A DNA stretch of 64,000 nt from Rotaria sp. (lineage: Eukaryota). Under the pieces are notes generated by a model. The model did not search any database and was not told the origin of the DNA. It was given only the letters and a program-made list of their open reading frames with translations. Location: NCBI GenBank assembly GCA_905250055.1, contig CAJNOF010000004.1, forward strand, positions 4,318,909 through 4,382,908, written 5' to 3'. Shown here one piece after another: positions 39,950 to 51,552 of this stretch (its first letter is position 1; each line of letters begins with the position of its first letter). Both the position numbers and the translations under genes were made by a program.

Positions 39950-41043
39950 TCAGTAAAATAAATGAAATGGTCAGTAAAAGCATATATAAATGATCAGTAG
40001 AAATATTGAATTGTCAGTAGTATGACGGTCAGTACTTAATTAAAAAATGGTCAGTTTTCTATATACAAATATCAGTAAAAATTTCAAATTTGATCAGTAA
40101 AAGTGCAGATTTTATTAGTAGAAGAAATAGCTTTATTCATATAAAGATTAATTTATATAAGAAAAATAAATTAAAATAAATAGAAAAAAACCAATGAGTA
40201 AATAAGAAGAAATCCAAAAGATCATTATATGGAAATTCAAAGAATGAAAGCAAAAAAGAAAATGAAAATTCAATTATTATACTAGCAATATAGGTTTAGC
40301 CTTCACTAGTCTATCTCTGTTTTCTTTTCTCATTGATCGAGACGTTTTTTTTTGCTAGTGGTTTACAATATTTCAAATGAACAGACACATCTACAATGTG
40401 TTTGCATATGCAGTTCTTCAAAAAAACTTAAACAGTTACATTTGATGTTTTCCACGCTGAGCCATGTTTCATTTTCAAACACCAAATATTAAATGATTTT
40501 TGAATTGCATCAAAGTTGTCAATTTTTTTTGTTTATATATTTATTTAAATCGACTTATGTAATCGATTGTAAATGACTAGCTCGAATACAATATTATTCT
40601 GAAGCATCATTTGGAAGGCCAACTAAGTTTTTTGTTGATTTAGCCCATTGATAGGATAAAGCCTACAATTCTGAAGATATTGTTGATTCTGTAACAAATA
40701 TTTTGCATTAATTGAAGAAGGCTTTCGTCCAGTTCACCAACTATCGACAATATTTGAAGCTATTGTCAAAAATCTCCATAAAACATCACATTCTCTAATT
40801 ATTTCATCATTTTTGTTTCTTTTATTAATTGCCTCTAAGGCGCTGTTTGCACGGGTGAGGTGATAGTATAACACGTTTCGGTGTTTATACTTACCATTTA
40901 AATTAATTTACTGACCTTTAAATATATTAACGAACCAGTTATTTTAATAACTGACCATTTAAATAATTTACTGATCATTCATTTTTTACTGACCATTCAT
41001 TTATTCTACTGATCATTTCACTTATTTTACTGACCATAAATTA
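39950..41043. mobile_element. Foldback-type non-autonomous element: about 190-bp inverted arms built from 8-9 spaced copies of (G/A)GTCAGTA, with a 750-bp non-coding internal region
   Basis: The left arm (39950-40135) carries GGTCAGTAAAA / GATCAGTAG / TGTCAGTAG units every 17-25 bp. The right arm (40900-41043) is its reverse complement (TTACTGACC units). The arm ends ggtcagtaaaataaatgaaatggtcagta and rc(ttttactgaccataaatt) align. A ttaagatttgRctatc-like direct repeat flanks both sides (39919-39936 and 41061-41083). Confidence 0.6.
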
Positions 41044-41402
41044 TATTCCCTTAAGATTTGATTATGCTATCGAATTTAAATGACTTTTTTTTCTAAAATT
41101 CTCAAGATTTTCAGACTACTAGTATTTTCGAATTTTCATCTAAAACTTTGAATATATAGAGAACTTAATTAGACTAACTTCCATGAAACGAATTCATAAG
41201 TTTTGAACAAAGTCTTCTTTTCTAGATATGTATCTTTCAAAAAATGCATGTCGTATACACTAATCATGAAAAAGGATTTATCTCTTGAAAGTCTCGTATC
41301 TCGAAAAGACTTTGTTCAAAAACATCTCTCAAAGATAGAAAAAAAAATCATATAAATCATTGATATATTTATTTGAAATAAAAATTAGACAATCATTACT
41401 AA

Positions 41403-42224
41403 TAATTATGCACAAGAATTATTATTGATTGGATCAAATATTAATAATCTATTTGGATCATTACATTGTACAACAATTCGAGATATAGCAGGAATAACAA
41501 CAATTGATTTAGGTTGATGTATATGACAAATAGTTAATAAAAGTTTATCAAGTGATTGCCATAAAAGACGATCATCAAATGCATCAGCAATAAGCCATAA
41601 TTTTGTATTAAATTGACATATTGATGTACCACCAATAGCAAAACGTCGAGTAGAAAAAAGTGTTCGATCTAAAAATTCTAATTTTCCCGTATGTGTTGAA
41701 ACAAAATATTGATCATCAAATTCAATATCTTCACAAACATGATCAAGACGTTTTTGACGAAGATATTTTAATGTATTTATTTCATATAATTTTAATGTAC
41801 GAGAATCTACACATGCAATTAATGTTGAATTACATGCAATACGACATTTATTTTTATCTTTATCAATAAGTAATGTATTTGTTATTTGTTCTTGTTCAAG
41901 ATTATATGTTATTAGTTGTCCATTTGACAAAAATAAAAATTCATTTCGATTTGAACACCAAACAAAATCATCAATACATAGAGATATTTCATTTAATTCA
42001 ATTGAACGAATTATATCAAAATTATTATCATCAATTCGACGTAATTCTAATATATTTTTATCATTATATATATAAATAATCGCAAGTTCATTTCGAGGTT
42101 GAGGAATATAAGCTATACCACAATAAATATATAAGGGTTCAAGTGGTATAGAAAATGTTTCATGTGTCGTATAATTTGATTGATCAAGTTGTTCATGTTT
42201 GGAAATCACATCAGATGAAGTCAT
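41403..42224 (-). CDS. Hypothetical protein, 272 aa, no recognisable domain (possible beta-propeller-like repeats)
   Basis: The ORF is long and stop-free in an AT-rich background, with codon usage consistent with neighbouring genes. An acceptor-like ttattttag lies 13 nt upstream of the ATG. Confidence 0.45.
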
Positions 42225-43238
42225 CTTTAATTACAATCTAAAATAACAAACGATCAACAACTTACTATATTATTAAAAAAGATCGATCACTAATTAAATC
42301 TATTCTAGTACATCAATTAAATTAAGATTAAATAGAAAAAAAAAACAACCAGTTTGGATTGTCAATCGTATTATTTTAAATATTAATAATAAATTTATTA
42401 AATAGCACGAAATCATTTATATGTTTTATATTAAGATCAATAATTTCTATAAAGTAATCTGTGAGCATGAGATATAATCAATAGATAATGAAACCTTTGT
42501 TTATCTATTCATTCAACTATAATGACAAAGGTACAGCATATTAATTTTAATTTCCTTTTTTATGTTGAATTGACTTTGTGCGCCCTAATATTTAATCTAA
42601 TCCATGCATAGTTTAATCCGTATTGCTCGAAACGTTACTTTGGCATTAAATAGAAAATTGCTCTAAGAATTTAAAGAATACGAAAATAGAATTGAAACAA
42701 TAAATTGATATTTGTGTTGATAATTCCATTTGATTTATATAAAGACTATTTTTTTTTAATATGGACACAACAGCTGACAAATCTTAATGATTCGATAAGT
42801 ATGATCGAAGTGATACTAATTAAATTATACAAGTGTCCTCCTATCGCTGGCATAGCCAGATAAAATAAGTATAGATGGTCTATTCCATACTCTTTTTTTT
42901 TTCTTTGAAATTTCCAAAAATCTTTCGATTACATAGACATATATCAATGATAATCCTATTCTAATAATTTTCGTCGACTTCTATCCATCAACAAAAGCAT
43001 TCCTTATGGAATTCACCATCTAAAAACCTTGTAAACATACATAACCAAATTAAAATATAAAAGAAAAATATATTTCTATAATACACATTAAAAAAGAAAT
43101 TCTGAATTCATTTTATTTATATGTTTCTGTATACAATTAAGGAAATCTATGAATGAGATTAAAATCATATTATGTATGTCTATATAAACACAACACCGAG
43201 ATGAAATATATCAACATGTTTTCTTTTTTCATTTCTGT

Positions 43239-44090
43239 TTTTCATTCAACCGGTATTGTCCAAACAAGATACGACAATTGATGAGTCTGTGGATTTAAAT
43301 TTTGTCGAGATCGTTCAGTTAATTTTGGACATTGAATAAATCCAATTGTTTTTAAATTCGGACAATGTTTGAGCAAAAAAAGGAAGCCATCATCTGTTAT
43401 TTCAATACACATTTTTAAATTTATTTCATTTAATGTATGATGAAAAGTTGATTGTCCAATAGATATTAATGAATTATCTGTTATATGTGTTTGTGTTAAA
43501 CCTAATGAACGAAGATGAGTTAATTGTCGAAGACCATTAATACCTTCATCGGTTATTTTAGTACAACCAGTTAAATCAAGTTCTATTAAACGTAAACAAT
43601 GTGTACCAATAGCAATAATACTTTCATCAGTTATTTGTGAACAATTTTGTACACGAATTTTTCTTAATGATGGATATTGTTGAACAAATTGTATTAAACC
43701 ATAATCAGTTATATGTATACCACGTACATATATAATGGACGGATTCAATACGGATGTTGTTGTTGTATGTGGCGGAATTTCATTTTGTATTGATGGTGAT
43801 GATTGAAGACGTTTTCGTTCGATTTGTGCAGTTAATGAACAACGTGCCATTAATACTAATGATTGATCAGTTATACCTGCACAATCACGAAAATCGAATG
43901 TGCGCGTTCGACAATTGAGTAAAAGTGGTAAATTATCATCAGTTATAAGACCACGGTGGGAAAGTATAGTAAATAAACGTGCTTTAAGATTAACAGGTAA
44001 AGCAATTAATGTTGATGATTGTGTTAAAATAATCGTATTAAAATGATTAGCAATTGCATATTCACACAATGCGACTAGTTTAGCTACCAT
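43239..44090 (-). CDS. Leucine-rich repeat (cysteine-containing, FBXL-type) protein with an AMN1-like architecture, 282 aa
   Basis: Single ORF with repeated C..ITD..L LRR units (CAGITDQSL, CSQITDESIIAIGTHCLRLIELDLTGCTKITDEG, THITDNSL, CIEITDDGF, CPNLKTIGFIQCPKLT). The N-terminus LVALCEYAIAN...LPVNLKARLFTILSHRGLITDDNL resembles AMN1. No F-box was seen. Confidence 0.6.
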
Positions 44091-44412
44091 GATCTATACT
44101 AGAAAACAAAAAAAAACAGAAACCAATTAATAACATATTTTTAAAAGTAAACCAATTAAATTAGCTTTTTTTAACCATTTAACAAAAAAAAAGAGAAGAA
44201 AATCACAACGCAATCCAAAATAAAATAATAACAAAAAATTCCAAGGAAGAATTTGAATTGTCGTATCTGGCCCCCATACACTATTGCGAGAGAATATTCG
44301 TCACTAAGAGATCACATGTGTACATCCAGGAAAAAAAAAAGCAAAGCATAAAATATTTGTTCAGATTATTCAGATAACATATATTGTTCATAGCAGAATA
44401 GTTATGTCGAAT

Positions 44413-45893
44413 TTATACATCAATTGTATCAAGTGTAGTAAAGCATTTAGTGAAATCAATAGTTGTAAGTGCAGTACCGTGTTGTCTAGCACCCCAAATA
44501 GCAGCACCTAATTTATCAAACAAATAAGAAATAATTCAAAAGAGATAAATATATTTTCTTTTTCGCATACCAATCGCTGCTGAATGTATTAATCGAACAA
44601 GTTCAACTTTATTAAATGGAAGTGAATGACCATTTGAAAGTGCATCCATGAAACCTATAGATTATAAGCTGTTTAATAAATAATTCAAATGAAAACATTT
44701 ATGTTTAAATCATTTAATCACTGATTACAAAGGAAAAAGAAAAATAAGTAAATGTAGAGCTTAAAATTATATTATTAATATTTATCTACCTGGTTTTAAA
44801 AATTTCCAACTATAAAAAACTGAACCAACAGCTACAACTCGTAATTTTCCTTGATCATACAATTTTTTTTCAATATTAGGTGCTATTGCTCGAAGATGTG
44901 CGCCTAACATATAACCAGCTTCTTTGAGTAATTCTTGACATGCTTCATCATTATTATTTGAAGCCACTATAATTTAAAAAAGATTTATTAAACAAAAATA
45001 ATTCTTTCTTTTTTTCATAACTAACATTCAGCAATAACTTTAGTAAAACGTGCAATAAAATCTTTTTGAAAATTTTTATAAAAATGACTTAAAAGTTGAC
45101 TAAGCTCTTGAACCTATGAAATAAAGAATATGAAAAACTACAACAAAACAAAAATAACAAAATTTACTTTAAAATATGCTTTTATTTCATCTCTTAGTCT
45201 TGTTAAATCATAACGTGATAAATTTAAATTATCTGTATGATCAAAAACACGTTTTATAGCTCTTTGAGCAATCCAATATGCGCTTCCTTCATCGCCTAAT
45301 AAATGTCCCCATCTAAATAATCAATCATCAAAAATCAAAAATAGAACAATCTTATATTTCTTTATTACCCTCCTGCTCGTTTACTCGAACCATCTGCATT
45401 ATAAACAACACAATTTGAACCTGTGCCAGCAATAATAACAACTCCACCATTTGGTACAGGTCCTAACATATCTTCACCAATGAAAATTTTACTTGTATCA
45501 ACATTGAGCGATTCAAGTTCGTGTCGTAAATTTGATTGAGATTCAGCTTGTCCTGTACCACTTAAAACCATACCCTTTTATCGCAATAGAATACTTTTCT
45601 AAACATTATATTGTAATTAATTTACTTACAACACTAACAATTTGATCCCAATTAACTTCTCCTTTAGCGAGAATATCATCAATTAGTTGTTTTAATAATT
45701 TAGCCGCATTCTCAAATCCAAGAACCTTTTAAAAAAACAAAAGGTTGAAATAAATATTCAAAATGATAAATTTATTTACCCAAGGATTTGATGGTCCTGC
45801 TTGTAATATCACATAAACCTTACCAGTTTCATCAATTAAAACGCCTTCAGTTTTTGTTGCCCCACCTTCAATACCAATAAAGAATGGATTCAT
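44413..45893 (-). CDS. NAGK: N-acetyl-D-glucosamine kinase-like protein (BadF/BadG/BcrA/BcrD ATPase family), about 8 exons
   Basis: Exon 1 (45777-45893) is MNPFFIGIEGGATKTEGVLIDETGKVYVILQAGPSNPW. Exon 45365-45571 carries VVIIAGTGSNCVVYNADG. Exons near 45180-45320 (WGHLLGDEGSAYWIAQRAI) and 44782-44967 (GAHLRAIAPNIEKKLYDQGKLRVVAVGSVF) follow. The terminal exon ends ...CFTTLDTIDV* with the stop at 44413-44415. Introns are 40-90 bp. Confidence 0.75.
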
Positions 45894-46320
45894 AATCTAA
45901 AGAATATGTAAAACTTAAATTGTTCTCTCATATGAAATAATTCATCATTAAAAAACGAAAAAAAAAGAGAACTTTCAATAAAATAATCATACAATAACAC
46001 AACATCACAAGAGAAAAAAAAAAGGAAATGAAACTTACATGACAAAATGAAAAAAGACACAAGTAAATATACATACATAACAACGAAAGAACGATTAACT
46101 AAAGAAGAGAAAAAAAAAATGCTACATGACTACCGGAGGAAAAAAAAGGACGATAAAATCATATATAAATGAGACGTATCGTTTTAGAGAGTTTTTGACC
46201 TCTGATAGAAATAAAAGTTTTTATTTGACAACATACATACACAAAGAAAGAAGAAAAAAAAGAGAATTTCTAAGTATTTGTCTAATAGTACGATATAAAC
46301 AAACACTATCTGTTATATGA

Positions 46321-49266
46321 GTTTAAATTACTCGGATATGACTGTGTTGAATTTATATTCGACTGTTCAGACGTAGTTGTATTTGATGAATAATCTAATG
46401 ATTGTTGTTGCATTGTATATCCATTTGGACGATGATCAGAACGATTTTCTTTTATAAAAAGAAAAAATATATAAAAATTCAATTTTTCTATATACATTAA
46501 AATCTCTCTAATGTGAGCACTATTAGGACTAGTCAAAAGTAAACTGAAGAAGATGAATTCCCACATTATGGAAGATCTCTCAACAGAACTATAATAATTA
46601 CTTAAGGAAACAAAGATAGATCATTCGTTCCTTCATTCATAAAAGCCATAGCAATGTTTTTCCTATAATAGTTTTCATTATCCATACATTTATGTTCATG
46701 AAATTCCTTGAGGCATATAAATACGAGAGTAAAAAATATCACAAATATTGTGTTTTTTAATTTCAATAATCATGTAACTATATGCAAAATGAACAGGAGG
46801 AATTTCTTTTCTCATTCCTTGGATACGCCTGATAAGCAGTTTTACTTTGTTGTCTAATATTGTTCTTTGTCTCTATTAAGTTTCGAAGGTCGTTCCACCC
46901 TTTTTTTTCTTACGTGACACATGATTGTTTACCTTAGTGCGATACAAATAATGTAATTGTTTTTCGTTCTGTAGGAAAACTATATAATGAGAAAAAAGAT
47001 TATGTGATACAATACTTGAAAATAGTTTCGTGTGTACTATAAAACCTTGAAAGCATCTCCGAATTACATGAATCCTTTCAAAAGTTTCGAATTCGTTACA
47101 TTTATCGAAATTTTTCAGTGTAAAACATTATATTATTTATATTATCGAGGTACTCATATTTGAAAAGCGCATTCTTAATAAAATTTGCTTGTGTAAACTA
47201 TTGGCTGTCTTGTATAAGAAAGTGCTCATATAGAAAGATTTTATTGTATATTAAACCTTACTTTTAAAATATGATTGTGAAGGTTGTTGCTGCTGTTGCT
47301 GTTCATTATGATAATATGGTTGTTGCTGTTGTTGTTGTTGTTGTTGTTGTTGTTCACCTTGACGTCGTTGAGTAGGTGGTGATGATTGAGATTGTTGTTG
47401 ATAATTAACTGAATTTGTCATAAGATTATTCATTGAACGATGTGATGGAAATCGATTTGATTTTTGATTCCAATAAACATCATTATTTCCTCCACTATAA
47501 TTACGAGTATAATTTCCACTACCAGATCGACGAGGATTATTATAATTATTCCAATATTGTGGTCCAGAATATTGGTTATGTTGTTGTTGACCAGACTGAT
47601 GATGAGTGTAATGTTGTTGAGAATGACCTTTTGGATGATGTGATGGAACTGTTTCATTTATATTTCCATGATTAGTTGATGATGTTGTCGAAGTATTTGC
47701 TGTTCGACGTGAACTTTCATGATTATTATTGTCAAACCAAACTATAATAGAAAAAAAATAAAGAAAATTTTAGTGTTTGATGTTTTTTTTTTTTTGCTTT
47801 TGTATTGCTTAAGTTTTATAAATTTACATTCAACTATAGTGTAGAGGCATTAATTATATCAAATAACTTTTAGTAGTCATTGTGAAGAGTGAATCAGCAG
47901 GGAAAAAAAAACAGGAAATATACAAAGCGCAAAGCATAGGGTAGAAAATTAAATTTAGTTTATTGTACAAATTAAAATTGTTTTTCTCTCTTCTATTCAG
48001 CTATATACAGTCTTCATCTATCTATACATCAGCATAATTAGATTTAACGTTTTGTAAAAATTATAGTTTGTTGAAAGCATTTCGTAGATAAAATAATGAC
48101 TTTTTTCGTGCAAGTTTTGAAGAATATTTTCATTTTTCTTTTTTTTAATGAACACTTTGACAATGACAACTTAACATATGGAATGTTTTTTGTCGACCTT
48201 CGAGGATAGTCTCCTGATAAAAACATAGTAATATATTAATTCTTAATGGTTCCAATTTTCTAGTCAACATTTTTTTTCTATGCATACTCTACTTTATTAG
48301 GTCAATATTTTTTGCACGCAAACAAAATTGATTGTTCAGCTCAGATGACGGTGAATAAATGATTAAGAAATATTGTAGAATATACAATGACCTTAATAAA
48401 ATGTTCACTATTATCCAGATTCTGCGCAAAAAATTAAGTAGTGTATTTGAAAATGTCTCAAAGGAATGATAACAAATAATTTTCTATGCATTTTACTCAA
48501 TAATAACAGATCATTTTTAATTATTGTAGACAGCGGGTGTTTTTGGTATACACCCACTACTATCGCGAGACTTGATGTTGTCAGAAACATGTTGATAAAA
48601 TCAAAAAAAAAAAAAAGTTATCAAAACTAAAAAGTTTCGTGAACAACTTCTCATGTGATAGTCGAAAGAAACAAAATCATTATTCAAACAAGGAATCGCT
48701 AAGTGCAACGATAGGCAAAATCAATGTGCGAAAAGAAGTTTTCTGGTAAACTCTAGAAAATATTTATGTATATATATATATATATTACCAAAGACTTTGC
48801 TGCCAAATATAATATTAGAAAACCTTGAAAAGAATAATCAATATGAACTTTAGTGTATCTTAACAATTCATTTTTATATTATTTATTTTAAAGAGAAAAA
48901 AAATAAAAAAATAATCGTTCCTACAAACCTCTTTGTAAATGTTGAATAATTTCTCCAACATTAGAAAAACCTTCATTATTAATTAATGTTGATGAAGTTG
49001 TTGTTGATTCAGCTAAAGAACTCGTTCTTGAATTTTGTCCTGATCTATTTATTTCAAACAAATAAAATTTTATATTTTATGAAAAATAAAATTCTAATTA
49101 TAATCTAACCGTTCATTATTATTGCTTGTCAAATGGAATTGTTTTTCACCACCGGATGAACTCGGTGTTGAAGAATTTGTTGATGGATAACGTTGATGTT
49201 GTTCTTCACGTGAACATAAATATTCTTCATTAGTATTGGTCTCATTTAAATGTGTAGTACTCATCA
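46321..49266 (-). CDS. Q/N/S-rich low-complexity protein, at least 4 exons
   Basis: Exons about 49100-49266 (MMSTTHLNETNTNEEYLCSREEQHQRY...), about 48935-49050, 47267-47745 (acceptor tattatag; contains (CAA)n poly-Q; donor AAAA|GTAAGG) and 46324-46452 (acceptor ttataaaag; ...SYPSNLNSYNR*). Confidence 0.45.
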
Positions 49267-50325
49267 TGTAGTAAACTTTTCTTTTTTTTTTCAAGGATCT
49301 TTAATCAAGAAAATAAAAAAAGAAAAAAAGCAAATCAATCAACCAAATTTTTCCAAGAGTAAAATAAAAAACAAACAAACAATCAAATAAACAATCACAT
49401 TGATATCGATTGGATTTAATCAAAACAAATGAAAACTATAATAATAAATTTGATTATTCTATAGATATTATTTATATCTTAAGAAATTTTATTTAAAAAA
49501 TTAAAATAAAAATATCTAGAAAAATAAATATACATCATATTATTTAGGACTATATGTGACATCTATTTTTTTTTTACACGTACGAAATAATATTCTCTAA
49601 AAGTAATAATTTATCGAAAGAATTCATTATTGTTTTTTTTTTTTTGTATCTATTGATTTATATTATTTTTCAAAATGAAATTTCAATTAACACATTCTAG
49701 AAACTTCGATAGATAAAACAAATAAATGTTTACTTAACATAAATTTACTACTTGTCATCTATAGAAATTGTCTATTACTGTGACTAGTTTACTTCAAGGA
49801 CATATATTATTATCAAAATAGAATTATTTACGCTCTTCTAACAATCGTAAAAATGTTTTTTTTTTCTTTAAATATTTTGTTTGCCTATTCAAACCTTGGC
49901 ATATTTTCTTTTGTAAAGATATCAAGAATAACTACGAGATAAATCTCACTCAACAAGGACAAAGTGTATTCGTCTTGATACTTAAATAATCTCTATCTTT
50001 GCTATTTTTCCATGACAAAAAAAATCCTACGAAAGATCTTAATAAAAATTTTTTTTGTTTTTTTTCGAGTTTATTAAGACACAAATAAGATACAACAAAA
50101 AAAAAATTACAATCAGTCGTTTTGACTACGATTCTAATGTTGTTGTTCATTTTCATTATGTTTACTTATGCAGTTTTATGCATACACACTGAAAAATGAA
50201 CAATAAGAAAAAAAGAAAATCCGCTATACAATAAAGATAAACAAAAAGAAAGATTAATATAAATCATACAATAAAACAAAAATGTCTATCTGTTGATTTA
50301 TTGGTTTGCATGATACTATTTTCCA

Positions 50326-50705
50326 CAATGGGAACAACATTGAGTATTGATCGAATCAAGTCGATCATCAATTGAACTATCGTTACTTAGTTCTGACAAT
50401 AAATCATCACCAGATCCACTCACGATTCTTTTTGTTACGATATGAGTTTGAGGAGTTGATATCACGATACCATTGGTAAGTTTATGTATTGTTCTTCCAC
50501 GTTTTTTACAACTAATTAAATATTAAAAAGAGATAATAATTAAAAAGTTTTTGTTTTTTTTTTTTTATTAAACGTACCAGGTAGAATCAATACCAGCATT
50601 GATATAAATCGAACCACCCGCATTATCGATTTCAGTCAAATGTCGATCAATTGGTTGAGGTGGTGATTTTCGAAATTTTTGTCGACGAACAACAGAACTG
50701 CTCAT
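50326..50705 (-). CDS. Small 110-aa hypothetical protein, 2 exons, C-terminal CCSHCGK
   Basis: Exon 1 (50575-50705) is MSSSVVRRQKFRKSPPQPIDRHLTEIDNAGGSIYINAGIDST with donor TG|GTACGTT. Exon 2 (50326-50512, acceptor ttaattag) ends ...DDRLDSINTQCCSHCGK*. Confidence 0.4.
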
Positions 50706-51552
50706 AGTGAAAAAGAGAAGTTATTCGAGAAAAATTTAAAAAAAAAAATTCAAAGATTTCTACACAAAAAATTGACGTTACAGATTTTGTGTCTGTGTAT
50801 GTAACTGAATTGAGTAGGAAGAATAGGTGAAGAAGATGCACTCTAACAATAATAAATTTTTTGTCGAACTAACAGTAATATGCACATCAATACATACATA
50901 TATATATATGTGTGTTCACATCTCTTTCGTTCTCTTGTTCTCTCTTAAGAGGAGAGAGAGAGAGAGAAACGAGAGAAAGAATGAAAAAAAAAAAAGAGAG
51001 AAAGATAGATAATATGCTATATCGCCGTTCAAAAAAAAGCATTGTCTTACACTGTCGTAATTTCCTTATTCATTATGCAATTCATTGTCAGTCATCATAT
51101 ACTACATGACCTGTCCTTCATGCATCATTACCAATAGTTATTTATTAAGATATGAATTTAATACAAGATATCATTTAATCATTTGTTCTTCTTCGATACT
51201 ATTTTTCTTCCGAGAGAGAAAGATTTTTTTTTTTTGTTCCTGTTACATTACAAGGGAAAGAAGAAAAAAAAAGGATCGAAATAGAGAAAAAGAAAGAATG
51301 AAAGAAAAGGCAATGAGTACACATTTGTACTTCAAGTTCAATATTAATAATACAACCAAATCTAGACACGCCCGCATCTAAATCAGACAGATACTTCACT
51401 GTAATTGTTTTTAAAGACATTTTTATTGGATATTATTCATGCAACGAAAAAAATGTGTTTTTTTTAAATATAAGTATCAAGAAAAAAAAAGTAAAAAAAA
51501 AAAAGAAAATACAATTGCACAAATATGAGTAAAGGAATTTAGAAAAAAAAAA

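Noticed and set aside
41660-42079. Two plus-strand ORFs (69 and 68 aa)
   Set aside because: They are antisense to the 272-aa minus-strand gene. They are AT-rich shadow ORFs.
47433-47675. Plus-strand 80-aa ORF and minus-strand ORF 47430-47657
   Set aside because: They are antisense or out of frame relative to the Q/N-rich exon 47267-47745. The low-complexity repeats keep several frames open.
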